The notes under the pieces are model-generated. The model searched no databases. It was not told where the DNA came from and saw only the letters and a program-made list of their open reading frames with translations. A stretch of DNA of 63,854 nucleotides, filler included, from an uncultured Methanosarcinales archaeon (lineage in GTDB: Archaea > Nanobdellota > Nanobdellia > Woesearchaeales > CAZKBD01): NCBI GenBank assembly GCA_964550945.1. It is 9 parts of 9 records of this genome, joined end to end, with 100 filler letters (N's around TTAATTAATTAA, not from the genome) between each part and the next. Parts side by side here need not be neighbours in the genome. Positions count along the whole stretch, not along the records: positions 50,316 to 57,261 come from CAZKBD010000092.1; positions 57,362 to 63,854 come from CAZKBD010000095.1; 7 more parts are not named here. One strand, written 5' to 3'. A program made the position numbers and the translations under genes. Positions 52,937 to 62,978 of this stretch are shown one piece after another (position 1 is the stretch's first letter; each line of letters begins with the position of its first letter).

Positions 52937-54469
52937 ATGATTTTAGTAATGAACTACGGAGCACAGTATTGTCACCTCATTGCTAGGCGCATCCGTGAGC
53001 TTAATGTTTATTCTGAAATTGTTCCTTATGATACGCATATCAATGAAATAAAAAAATACAAGCCATTAGGAATAATCCTTTCAGGAGGCCCTTCTAGTGT
53101 TTATGCAAAAGGAGCCCCAATCTCTGATAAAAAAATTCTTAGCTTAGGAATACCTGTTCTGGGGATCTGCTACGGCCAGCAGCTGATAGCAAAACAATTA
53201 GGGGCTAAGGTAAAAGCAAATAAAATCAAGGAATTTGGCAAAAAAATATTATTGATCAAAAATAAAGATAATCTGCTTAAAAATTTAAAAAACACCGAGC
53301 AGGTTTGGATGAGCCATGGTGACTCTGTCGAACATCTCCCTCCAGGATTTATTACATTAGCTTCAACTGACAGCTGCAAAAATGCTGCCATTGGGAATGA
53401 TGAGTCAAATATTTATGGGGTCCAGTTCCATCCTGAAGTTGTCCACACTCCAAACGGAAATAAACTATTAAGGAATTTTGTTTTTGGCATTTGCAAATCA
53501 AAAAAAGACTTTGACATTGGCGATTTAAAAAATAAGTTAATAAGAGAAATAAAAGAAACAGTAAAAGATGACCACGTAATATTAGGAGCTTCTGGCGGCG
53601 TTGATTCAACAGTTGCAGCTGTTTTAATCAGCAAGGCAATTGGTAAAAAACTGCATTGCATTTTCATTGATCATGGCTTGATTAGGATAAATGAGCTGAG
53701 CCTGGTGAAAGAAAGATACAAGAAACTAGGCCTTGATGTGAAATATGTCGATGCCTCTAAGATATTCCTAAAGAAACTGGAAGATGTTACAGATCCAGAG
53801 CAGAAAAGGAAGATAATCGGCCATACATTTATTGAAGTTTTCCAAACAGAAGCAAAAAAATTAGAGAGAAAATACAAAAAAATAAAATTTCTGGCCCAGG
53901 GAACAATCTATCCAGATAGGATTGAAAGCGCGCAGCCAAGCAAGCAGGCAGATAAGATAAAAAGCCACCATAATCTAACATTGCCGAAAAAGATGAATCT
54001 CAAGGTTCTTGAGCCGTTGAAAGACCTGTATAAAGACGAAGTTCGTGAGCTTGGCACTAAACTAGCAATCCCACAGGATATACTTTTAAGGCATCCATTT
54101 CCAGGCCCTGGTCTGGCTATAAGAATTTTAGGAAAAATAACCGGAGAACGATTAAGAATATTAAGGGAAGCAGACCGTATCTTTATCCTGGAATTGAAGA
54201 AATCAGGATACTATCATAAAATATGGCAGGCATTTGCTGCTTTATTCCCTGTAAAAAGTGTCGGGGTTATGGGCGATTCAAGGACATATGAATATGTCAT
54301 CAGCCTGAGAGCAGTAACCTCTAAAGATGCAATGACAGCAGACTGGGCTAAAATACCAAACGAATTATTGGAAAAGATTTCTAACAGGATTATTAATGAA
54401 GTAAATGGAGTCAACAGAGTTGTCTACGACATAACTCAGAAGCCGCCAGGAACTATTGAGTATGAGTGA
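52937..54469 (+). CDS. guaA: GMP synthase (glutamine-hydrolysing, fused form)
   Basis: GICYG, QFHPE, SGGVDS, IKSHHN, RHPFPGPGL and KPPGTIEYE motifs. Confidence 0.97.
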   Translation: MILVMNYGAQYCHLIARRIRELNVYSEIVPYDTHINEIKKYKPLGIILSGGPSSVYAKGAPISDKKILSLGIPVLGICYGQQLIAKQLGAKVKANKIKEFGKKILLIKNKDNLLKNLKNTEQVWMSHGDSVEHLPPGFITLASTDSCKNAAIGNDESNIYGVQFHPEVVHTPNGNKLLRNFVFGICKSKKDFDIGDLKNKLIREIKETVKDDHVILGASGGVDSTVAAVLISKAIGKKLHCIFIDHGLIRINELSLVKERYKKLGLDVKYVDASKIFLKKLEDVTDPEQKRKIIGHTFIEVFQTEAKKLERKYKKIKFLAQGTIYPDRIESAQPSKQADKIKSHHNLTLPKKMNLKVLEPLKDLYKDEVRELGTKLAIPQDILLRHPFPGPGLAIRILGKITGERLRILREADRIFILELKKSGYYHKIWQAFAALFPVKSVGVMGDSRTYEYVISLRAVTSKDAMTADWAKIPNELLEKISNRIINEVNGVNRVVYDITQKPPGTIEYE

Positions 54470-54475
54470 TGTTTT

Positions 54476-55162
54476 ATGTTATCCCAGCTAAGATCAGACC
54501 TCCAAAAACTAAAAAACCCAAAAAAAGCCAAACTGCTTCAAAGATTCTTTAAAACTGGTAAAGGAGACTACGGAGAAGGGGATATCTTTCTTGGAATTAT
54601 GGTTCCTGAGCAGAGAAAAATATCAAAAAAATATAATAACTTACCCTTATCAGATATACAAAAACTATTATCCACCAAAATTCATGAACAACGGTTAATC
54701 GCTTTGTTTATACTGATCCATCAATACAAAAAAACCAGTAATAAAAAAGAAATAATTGAATTTTATTTAAAAAATACGAAAAACATAAACAACTGGGATT
54801 TGGTTGATCTTTCTGCTCCGAAGATTTTAGGCGACTATTTGCTGGAAAAGCCAAAGAGCACTCTTTACAAACTATCCAACTCAAACAACTTATGGGAAAG
54901 AAGAATAGCTGTAATGTCCACTTTTGCTTTTATAAGGGCCGGCAAATTTGATGATTCCACTAAAATCGCAGAAACATTATTAAGCGACAAGCATGATTTA
55001 ATCCACAAGGCAGTTGGCTGGATGTTAAGGGAAATAGGAAAAAAAGACTTAGCAACTGAAGAAAAATTCTTAAAGAAGCACCACCAATATATGCCGCGAA
55101 CAATGTTAAGGTATGCGATAGAAAAATTCCCAGAACACAAAAGGATGTTTTACTTAAAATGA
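54476..55162 (+). CDS. alkD: DNA alkylation repair protein, AlkD-like
   Basis: FFKTGKGDYGEGD, NNWDLVD, WERR, KAVGWMLRE and MPRTMLRYAIE motifs. Confidence 0.9.
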   Translation: MLSQLRSDLQKLKNPKKAKLLQRFFKTGKGDYGEGDIFLGIMVPEQRKISKKYNNLPLSDIQKLLSTKIHEQRLIALFILIHQYKKTSNKKEIIEFYLKNTKNINNWDLVDLSAPKILGDYLLEKPKSTLYKLSNSNNLWERRIAVMSTFAFIRAGKFDDSTKIAETLLSDKHDLIHKAVGWMLREIGKKDLATEEKFLKKHHQYMPRTMLRYAIEKFPEHKRMFYLK

Positions 55163-55623
55163 AAATTCTTGTAGCGTACTATTCAAGAACAGGCACAACA
55201 AAAAAGGTTGCTGAAGCTATTTCAAAACAATTAAAGTGCGATATAGAAGAGGTAATAGACACAAAAGACAGAAGAGGAGTTATTGGGTATCTCTCAGGAG
55301 GAAGAGACGCAACACTAAGGAAACTAACCAAAATAAAGCCAATAAAGAAAAACCCGGCTAATTACGATTTAGTCGTTGTTGGAACGCCAATATGGTCATG
55401 GAATACTATTCCTGCAATAAGGGCATATCTTACTGAAAACAAATTTAAAAAAGCAGCATTCTTCTGCACAATGGGCGGCTCTGGAGATAAAAGAGCATTT
55501 GAAGAAATGGAAAAGCTCTCAATAAAGCCAACAGCAACCTTAACGCTTACAACAAAAGAAGTAATGAACGAGCAATACAAAGAGAAATTAAAGGATTTTA
55601 TTAAACAAATTCAGCACTCATAA
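55159..55623 (+). CDS. Flavodoxin family protein
   Basis: YYSRTGTT, GTPIW and FFCTMGG motifs. Confidence 0.9.
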   Translation: MKILVAYYSRTGTTKKVAEAISKQLKCDIEEVIDTKDRRGVIGYLSGGRDATLRKLTKIKPIKKNPANYDLVVVGTPIWSWNTIPAIRAYLTENKFKKAAFFCTMGGSGDKRAFEEMEKLSIKPTATLTLTTKEVMNEQYKEKLKDFIKQIQHS

Positions 55624-57155
55624 CTCCGTTTTTCTTCCTTTTTTCCTTTAATAAAATTATCTTCAGCATTCTTAAATAGTTTTTTACCGCATGGTGTGGG
55701 ATAATCACCATTAAGGCAAGCCATGCATAACTTGCTTTCAGGTAAACCAATTGATCTTACAAGGCCAGGGATGGTGTTATACATGATAGAATCAGCACCA
55801 AGGTCATGAGCAATACTTTCCATATCTTTTTCAGAGAGTTCTTTTTCGATATTTTTGTTGTATCTTGGGATTAGCAATTCGCCAATAGTAGACATGTCTA
55901 TCCCATAGAAGCATGGCCCCCTAATCGGAGGGCATGAGACCCTTACATGAACCTCTTTTGCGCCGCCTACATTTTTGATATACCTCACAATCTGCTTTGT
56001 TGTTGATCCCCTGACAATGCTGTCATCCACAAGGATAACCTTTTTATTTTTTAGTATAGTCCGCAATGCTGTATACTTATTTTGAATCCTGTCTTCGCGG
56101 CCAGTGCTTTCAATAAATGTTCTTCCGACATATCTGTTCCTGATAAGGCCTTCCATTGAAGGTATTCCAAGCTCATAAGCCATTGCATCGCCTGCTGCTT
56201 TTGCTGTGTCTGGAACAGGAACCACAATATGATCCTTGGTTATCTTTTCAGTTTCTAATTTCGCCAATTCTTTTCCAAGATTTGTTCTGGCAACATAGAC
56301 TGACTGGCCATCCAAAATAGAGCTTACATTGGAAAAATAGACCCACTCAAACATGCAGTGGGCAATTCTTTCAGATTGGGCAAACTTCTGGATTTCTATA
56401 TTGCCATTTTTAACAACAATAATATTTCCGGGTTCTAGCGGCTTGTAATTATGCAAGCTGCAATTATCCAATGCGTTGCTTTCAGACGCAACAAACAAGT
56501 TGCCCTCGTGTATACAATAGCTTAATGGCCTAAACCCGTATGGATCTCGGCAAATAATCATATCACCATAGCCATTTATGAATGCGATATTATAAGCGCC
56601 GTCGAATTTCTTGCTAAGATTAGAGAAGACCCTGACTAAATTTGGCTTTATGCCTCCCATCAATTCTCTGGCAGTATAATGCATTATTATCTCTGTATCT
56701 GTGTTAAGAGTCATATGGTAATCTTTTTTAGCGAGTAAGGCGCTTCTTAACTCAGTATAATTCACAAGATTTCCGTTAAAACAGAATGAGAACCACTTCC
56801 ACAATCTTCCATGATGCCTCTCAAATGGCTGGGCATAGCCCTTATCATCTGCGCCGAAAGTAGCATATCTGACATGGCCAATGCCTTTATTGCCTGCATA
56901 TTTTTTGAAGATATTAATGCTTTGAAGCTTATCGCTTGTCTTGAAAACTTCATTGACCGTGCCTAAGTCCTTGTATGTATCAATCAGTTCAGGCCTGTTT
57001 TTATTGTAAGTTGTTATGCCTACACTTAACTGGCCGCGATTTTGCAAATTCAATAGCAATCTGTAAAGATAGAATAAGGCTTTGTTTGCGGATTCGCCAT
57101 CCTCTTTCAGGAAAACAGCAGCTACACCGCACTCTTCTTTTGCTTCACAAGGCAT
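55611..57155 (-). CDS. purF: Amidophosphoribosyltransferase
   Basis: EECG propeptide site; QNRGQ, GHVRYAT, CMFEWVYF, VDDSIVRG, YGIDM and CMAC motifs. Confidence 0.96.
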   Translation of the reverse strand: MPCEAKEECGVAAVFLKEDGESANKALFYLYRLLLNLQNRGQLSVGITTYNKNRPELIDTYKDLGTVNEVFKTSDKLQSINIFKKYAGNKGIGHVRYATFGADDKGYAQPFERHHGRLWKWFSFCFNGNLVNYTELRSALLAKKDYHMTLNTDTEIIMHYTARELMGGIKPNLVRVFSNLSKKFDGAYNIAFINGYGDMIICRDPYGFRPLSYCIHEGNLFVASESNALDNCSLHNYKPLEPGNIIVVKNGNIEIQKFAQSERIAHCMFEWVYFSNVSSILDGQSVYVARTNLGKELAKLETEKITKDHIVVPVPDTAKAAGDAMAYELGIPSMEGLIRNRYVGRTFIESTGREDRIQNKYTALRTILKNKKVILVDDSIVRGSTTKQIVRYIKNVGGAKEVHVRVSCPPIRGPCFYGIDMSTIGELLIPRYNKNIEKELSEKDMESIAHDLGADSIMYNTIPGLVRSIGLPESKLCMACLNGDYPTPCGKKLFKNAEDNFIKGKKEEKRSYEC

Positions 57156-57383
57156 ACTAAGAATAAAATCCACAAGTGTATTTAAAGGTTTTGGAAATCA
57201 AAATTTCTGTGTTATCCCTTTATTATTTCCCTTCGATACCTTAAATTGCTTTTTCATATATNNNNNNNNNNNNNNNNNNNNNNNNNNNNNNNNNNNNNNN
57301 NNNNNTTAATTAATTAANNNNNNNNNNNNNNNNNNNNNNNNNNNNNNNNNNNNNNNNNNNNGCGTAAAAAACTAAAAAGTTTT

Positions 57384-60300
57384 TTACGGATTTCCATTTT
57401 CTATTAAACTCCCAGTTAAACACAAATCCCCATTTCCATCAATATAGCTGACAATTAAGTCAGATTCATCTTTGACAAGGAAAGAGTCTCCTGTTGGATT
57501 GTTGCAGTTAGCTGAATCATCAGAACAATCTCCTGTTTCTATGCAGAGGTTGCCATTTTGGTCTATATGGGCAACCTCATTTCCAGAAGAGTCTTTGAAG
57601 ATATAGGAATTGTCAGGAGCAGTGCAAGTTCCTGCAGTGCATGTTCCTTTTAGAACAATATTGCCATAATCACCTAACCATGCTACAGTTCCTCCCGTAG
57701 TGTTTTGGATTACGAATTTGTTTGGGTCTGAAAAGTTAGCTTTTCCAAAAGGATGCCAGTCAATGCCATTGCCATCACCAGAAAGATTGTAGATTTTATA
57801 ATAAAAAGGATAGCCTGAGTTGTTTTCAAAATCGCTCCAATAATTGCCTATTGTGCTGAGATTCCATCTGTTATTGGTGCACATAACCTCAAGAGAGTTA
57901 TTAACATTATCTGTAAAATTGTTATTCCAGATGGTATTATTGCTTGAGCCAAATAAGTATAGCCCAAAATTACTATTCTTGATTATATGATTACCAGTGA
58001 AGGTATTATTAAAATTCAAAGATGACATGATTCCAGCAAAACTATTGTTGCGGGCAGTATTGTTGGATATGATATTTCCTGAAGAAGACATAAACACTGC
58101 AATTCCTGGGCTGTTATTATGAAGAGTGTTCCCAATTAAGCTGTTAAAGCTGCTATTGTCTAACATGATCCCGCCGCCAAAACCAGAAATATTGCAATTC
58201 TTGATAGTTACTTGAGATTTATCCTTAAGGTAAACGCCAAAGTCTTCAGTTCCAGAGCTGTCGCCTGTAATTAAATGGCCATTGCAGTCAAGGGTTATGT
58301 TGTTTGCTCCAATAATGAGGCCATCACCAGTGCAGTTTAAGAGGTCTTCTTCTAGCACTCTGTTATTACTTACTGTGTTTCCACAACCGGCTACTAAATA
58401 CGCACTAAAGTTATAACTATCAACAATATCTGTCCCGTCTTTATTCTTTAGTATACCATCGCTTTCATCAGTTGCTGCAATATAAGCCCGATAAGTTCCA
58501 GAGCCATGAGTATTTGTTGAAGTGTTCCATGCATTTGGATTCCAGATGGAATCTAGTTTTAACTGATTATCTTCTCCTGGTTGTATCCTTCTTGGTGAGC
58601 TGTCATCTTGAATTGTTGTTTCGTCTATCCAGTCATTTCCATCCCAGTACTGGATTTTCATTAAGAGGTAGATGGATGTGTTTGTTGGATCGTCATTTAC
58701 TAATCTGGATTCATTATCTCTATAGTGTATTAGGATATTTGAATACTCCAAATATCCTGCTGTGTCTGAATGAAAAACAAAAGGGATAGTACAATTATCT
58801 CCATCTAAAGAACAATCATCACAATCACAAGCACCATTATTTAGAGCATTGTTCAAGGCGGATGAAAAATCAGATATTGTTTCTGAAGTGTTAAACTCTA
58901 TAGAACGATTCCATTCATAGATTCCATCGGGTGTGCCTACTTCAAGATAGGAGTTTAGAGGATAGCTATCAGTGAAATTCCAATAAATAGCTTCCTCATA
59001 TACAGAAATAGAATTATCGCAAGACCACCCAAAAGTAACCCAATTAACACCGTTATAGCATGAGTAGTTTAATAGGTAGGGATCTACATTTTGATATCTA
59101 ATTTTTAATTGGATTTTATCTCCGCTCCAGCAATCAAACGGAATTGTATAATTTGTAGAACAAATTGGCGCGGTCCCCATTTTAATCATCCACAATGAAT
59201 CGTTAGAAGCTCCATCTTGAATTGTATAGTTTAAATTAATTTCAAATCCACACCCATCTAGATTAGAATAACTGTTCCAATTGCCGTCTATAGAATTTGT
59301 ACAAGCACCAATCTGATATTCATTGGCTGTCTCTTGGTATTCGATGCGAGGGAAATTAAACCCACCAATACCCATCATAGCATTATGCACAGTAAAAAAC
59401 CTGCCCACATCTAAGTATCTTGTTGCATTCCCGTTTCCATAATATGTTAGGTTTTCAGTTGTTTTGCTATTGTTAAATTTGGTTAGTTTAGATGAAGCAG
59501 AATTTGAAGCGTTTGTAATATTCAAAAATTCATTCTCATTATAGTCATCTTTTAAAGTCTTTATATGGGCATAAAGGTCAACAAACATGTCGAAGGTTCC
59601 TGAATCAGAGGCATTTAATCCTGTTGAGTCATTAACATAAACCGAATAAGAGTAAATTCCCTTTGTAAAATCAGTGAATTTAAACTGCCATAAATATCCT
59701 GAAAGATAACTCATTGTATAATTTGTTCCTGATTCTCCTGGAGGAATAATCCCAATCAATACTGTATCAATATCGCCTGTTCCATTGACATCTGTTATAT
59801 TAGCTGTGAGTGTCACATTCTCTCCAAATCCCTGAGGATTGGGTATTGCCAATAAAGAGTTAATTCTTGGTGATGGATTTACACAGCTTGTATCACAATC
59901 TCCAGTCCCTGCAATTATGTCATTACATTCAGAATCTGCAGTACATCCGGCAGCGAACCCCGAACTTCTACAAATGTTATCTCCTCGATCTACTCCTCCT
60001 GCAGTTGAAGTGCACTTATCTGCAAAATATGTTTGGCCAGATAAACAAGTTGTTATATTGCTCCCAGTTGTTAAGCCGTCACACAGTGATTGTGAACAAG
60101 AACAACCAGAATCAGTACATTCAAAAACAGATGTCACGTCAGTTTCGCTACAGATACTAGAGCATTGCTCTTCCCTATAAGAAAGACCAACACACTTATT
60201 TAGATCATAGCCGATTGGCCTTTCATCGCAATCAAGGTCACCGGAACCAGTTGAATATTCACAGTAACTTGTTTCTTGCCCATCAAAGTAGGTATAATAA

Positions 60301-61907
60301 GGGGTAAAACACCAATAATCATCAGAAGCTCCTACGCCATCATTATCACAGTAATTTGACCCACAATCTGAATCATAAGTACAAGATTCGCCATCTGGTT
60401 TTGAAATTGCCTCCATACTAAATTGTCCACTTAAGTTGCTCCCGGTATTAACTCCATCAGTAGCCAGAATTTTGACAATGTAATCGCTACCATTATTATA
60501 ATCATCAGGGTCAATTTCATAATAAGTTTGGTTTAGGTCTATGTCTAAAGCTGTGTAGTTTCCTCCACCATCGTCACTTATCAAAACAGCATAATAGACA
60601 TTGTCACCATCCGCATCTGTTGCATTCCATGTGATGTTGAATTTATTTTGTAGGTTTTCGCCGCCTTGAGGGTAGGTTATGTTGACTATGGGGGTGTTTG
60701 GGGTGACATTTCTTTGATGTATTATGCTGCCCTGGTCAATGAATTGTAATTTGTTTAAAGTTTCATTATAAGGTAAAGAAAAAGAGAAATATGAGAAATT
60801 GGTTTCTAAATTTCCTGATATATTTTTACCATTAATAGAAAAAATGGGTGTGAAATTAATTGATTCAATTACTTCATTATCACTGTTAGTTAGATTTATT
60901 GTTATATTACCTGGGATCACTTCTTCATCTGAAATAGCATACGCATCATCTATAATATAAGAAGAATCTATTGAGACAGTTCCATTCTTAAAGTATGTTC
61001 CAGTATACATTATAATCTTCTGTAAAGTTTTACCTAAAAATCCTTTTTCAAATCCATCAATAACTGCATTATAAGAATCGTTGCTTATCCATACATCAGG
61101 ATAGACTAAATTGCCCATAAGGTTATAGTAATTTACTTCGGTAACATTTGGTTGACCAACTAAAGTACCAATTGTTGAAGTTTGGCATCCTGGTCCAAGA
61201 CATTCGCTATCTAATATGTCATCATCGTTTCTATCACCATTTGGACAACCAGCACCAATGAAACCAAAAAGTAGCCTATTATCATTTTGATGATTCCAAG
61301 TGTTATTATTGTATTCATCACATAAAATAAATGCTCTTGTATGACTTATTTCATGAGCAACTACGTCTCTGTGACTTGCTTCTACTAAAACTCCACTTGA
61401 TAAATAAGAGTACGTATAACCTATTCCATTGGCATTTAGAACATTACTTATAAAACCAATAGGTGCTACACCTACCACTTTATCAACCTTACTTGATTTT
61501 GCTAACCTATCTAAATACTTTACAAATTCTTTACTTGCTTTTCTAGACGTTTCATCGTCTGTAATAGGGACAGATATTCCTTTACTATTCAGAAATTCTG
61601 TAGAATTAATATTGATAGAGTGAATTTTCTTTGTGATACCATCATCTTTAACAGGGTATATATCCTCTAGGAAATCCACTGCATTATTGACATATGTATC
61701 AAAATTAGGAGGATTATCAATTCTTATAAAGATGACGGATAAATCATAATCGTTGATTATATTTATTGATACATTCATTTGATTATTTGATAAATTGCTA
61801 TCTGTTAAAGCATTAACTTTGAAAGCTAAAAAAAAGATGATAACTACTAATAAAATAAATTTAGAGTATCTTATATGCAGTTGTCTATTTATAATTTGTT
61901 TCTTCAT
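57384..61907 (-). CDS. Giant secreted multidomain surface protein, copy B
   Basis: 1507 aa paralog or allele of 270..5522. HEISHTRAFILCDEY; same modules in a partly different order. Confidence 0.85.
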   Translation of the reverse strand: MKKQIINRQLHIRYSKFILLVVIIFFLAFKVNALTDSNLSNNQMNVSINIINDYDLSVIFIRIDNPPNFDTYVNNAVDFLEDIYPVKDDGITKKIHSININSTEFLNSKGISVPITDDETSRKASKEFVKYLDRLAKSSKVDKVVGVAPIGFISNVLNANGIGYTYSYLSSGVLVEASHRDVVAHEISHTRAFILCDEYNNNTWNHQNDNRLLFGFIGAGCPNGDRNDDDILDSECLGPGCQTSTIGTLVGQPNVTEVNYYNLMGNLVYPDVWISNDSYNAVIDGFEKGFLGKTLQKIIMYTGTYFKNGTVSIDSSYIIDDAYAISDEEVIPGNITINLTNSDNEVIESINFTPIFSINGKNISGNLETNFSYFSFSLPYNETLNKLQFIDQGSIIHQRNVTPNTPIVNITYPQGGENLQNKFNITWNATDADGDNVYYAVLISDDGGGNYTALDIDLNQTYYEIDPDDYNNGSDYIVKILATDGVNTGSNLSGQFSMEAISKPDGESCTYDSDCGSNYCDNDGVGASDDYWCFTPYYTYFDGQETSYCEYSTGSGDLDCDERPIGYDLNKCVGLSYREEQCSSICSETDVTSVFECTDSGCSCSQSLCDGLTTGSNITTCLSGQTYFADKCTSTAGGVDRGDNICRSSGFAAGCTADSECNDIIAGTGDCDTSCVNPSPRINSLLAIPNPQGFGENVTLTANITDVNGTGDIDTVLIGIIPPGESGTNYTMSYLSGYLWQFKFTDFTKGIYSYSVYVNDSTGLNASDSGTFDMFVDLYAHIKTLKDDYNENEFLNITNASNSASSKLTKFNNSKTTENLTYYGNGNATRYLDVGRFFTVHNAMMGIGGFNFPRIEYQETANEYQIGACTNSIDGNWNSYSNLDGCGFEINLNYTIQDGASNDSLWMIKMGTAPICSTNYTIPFDCWSGDKIQLKIRYQNVDPYLLNYSCYNGVNWVTFGWSCDNSISVYEEAIYWNFTDSYPLNSYLEVGTPDGIYEWNRSIEFNTSETISDFSSALNNALNNGACDCDDCSLDGDNCTIPFVFHSDTAGYLEYSNILIHYRDNESRLVNDDPTNTSIYLLMKIQYWDGNDWIDETTIQDDSSPRRIQPGEDNQLKLDSIWNPNAWNTSTNTHGSGTYRAYIAATDESDGILKNKDGTDIVDSYNFSAYLVAGCGNTVSNNRVLEEDLLNCTGDGLIIGANNITLDCNGHLITGDSSGTEDFGVYLKDKSQVTIKNCNISGFGGGIMLDNSSFNSLIGNTLHNNSPGIAVFMSSSGNIISNNTARNNSFAGIMSSLNFNNTFTGNHIIKNSNFGLYLFGSSNNTIWNNNFTDNVNNSLEVMCTNNRWNLSTIGNYWSDFENNSGYPFYYKIYNLSGDGNGIDWHPFGKANFSDPNKFVIQNTTGGTVAWLGDYGNIVLKGTCTAGTCTAPDNSYIFKDSSGNEVAHIDQNGNLCIETGDCSDDSANCNNPTGDSFLVKDESDLIVSYIDGNGDLCLTGSLIENGNP

Positions 61908-62434
61908 TACTTCATCTCGCTAATATTTATAGTGGTGAGTAATAGTCTTTTTAAGATATGGAATTCATTGGGTCCATCAGAGTTATATTCACCTACAGAT
62001 GTTGTTTTATTATCAAATCCTAATGTTATTTTTGTATAGCCTAGATCTGTCGCTTGAGAACACCAATATTCTTCTTTCATATAATTGAACTTATTATTTT
62101 TAAATTCTGTTAGTAAATAAAGTAATGTTTCATCCGAAAAGTTCCCTATTATTTCTCCCCTTTTTGGCGAAGTTCTTATATAATGATAAGTCTTATTTCC
62201 AAGAATCGTTAAGACATAAGAATTAGCTTTATTATCAAAATTAAGTTGTATCTGTAAGGAATCATAATCTGAGATTTCATTGAAATGAAAACTAGGTTGC
62301 GAAGATAGTTCTCTACTACACTGCGTAGTCTGTGTAGTTAAGTTTTTACAACCAAAAATAATGAACAAAGATACCATAATAATAACAAAAAATCCTTTTG
62401 CTTTTCTTTTGGGATTTATATTGTGTTCTTTCAT
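61907..62434 (-). CDS. Lipoprotein-like exported protein (DUF6438-like)
   Basis: IFGC lipobox-like site; LTILGN...FNYMKEEY...ATDLGYTKITL...VGEY...GPNEF pattern. Confidence 0.65.
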   Translation of the reverse strand: MKEHNINPKRKAKGFFVIIMVSLFIIFGCKNLTTQTTQCSRELSSQPSFHFNEISDYDSLQIQLNFDNKANSYVLTILGNKTYHYIRTSPKRGEIIGNFSDETLLYLLTEFKNNKFNYMKEEYWCSQATDLGYTKITLGFDNKTTSVGEYNSDGPNEFHILKRLLLTTINISEMK

Positions 62435-62562
62435 TCTACCCCCCCAATTATATCATTATTTGTTAGATTTGAATCAGATATAGCTATAATATGAGGTGTA
62501 AAAAATATTAAAAGTATCACCAAAAGTATAAACAAGACTATCTTTTTAGTTTTACTTGTCAT
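62431..62562 (-). CDS. 43-aa peptide: signal/TM segment plus DSNLTNN motif
   Basis: MTSKTKKIVLFILLVILLIFFTPHIIAISDSNLTNNDIIGGVE; ATGA overlaps with both neighbours. Confidence 0.7.
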   Translation of the reverse strand: MTSKTKKIVLFILLVILLIFFTPHIIAISDSNLTNNDIIGGVE

Positions 62563-62978
62563 TTTTTTATTTTTCCACCAATCCTGCTTATTAAAAATAA
62601 GGTTATGCACACTATGAAATAAACATACAGACAAGATATTATCAAAAAGGTAATCAGAACAAATACATCTGAATCGAAAAAGTTACTAATTACACCTTTG
62701 GTTGTTGTCTCAATTAATATTACTGGTAAAAACAAAAAATAAAGAACAATAGTAATCCATATGTAAACCATACTACACTCATTACTAAGCATCCAACCTT
62801 TTGGAATGCCGTCATCTGGTGTTTCCTCACAAAAAAGGTTATCTCCCTGAAAGAAAAAGAGTAGAACTATACCTACAACTATTATTGCTGAAACTATCTT
62901 TAGTTTAGTAGGTCTAAAAATATTCAAAATTCCGCTTTTCCCGTATTTATTTCTATCTTGTGTTTTTTTAGTATTCAT
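62559..62978 (-). CDS. Three-TM membrane protein
   Basis: 139 aa; FRPTKLKI N-terminus; Cys pair in a loop; translationally coupled. Confidence 0.7.
   Translation of the reverse strand: MNTKKTQDRNKYGKSGILNIFRPTKLKIVSAIIVVGIVLLFFFQGDNLFCEETPDDGIPKGWMLSNECSMVYIWITIVLYFLFLPVILIETTTKGVISNFFDSDVFVLITFLIISCLYVYFIVCITLFLISRIGGKIKK

Noticed and set aside
29594..57160. Many antisense or alternate-frame ORFs over ppdK, thermosome, eno, guaA and others
   Set aside because: Shadow ORFs of well-supported genes with no recognisable motifs.
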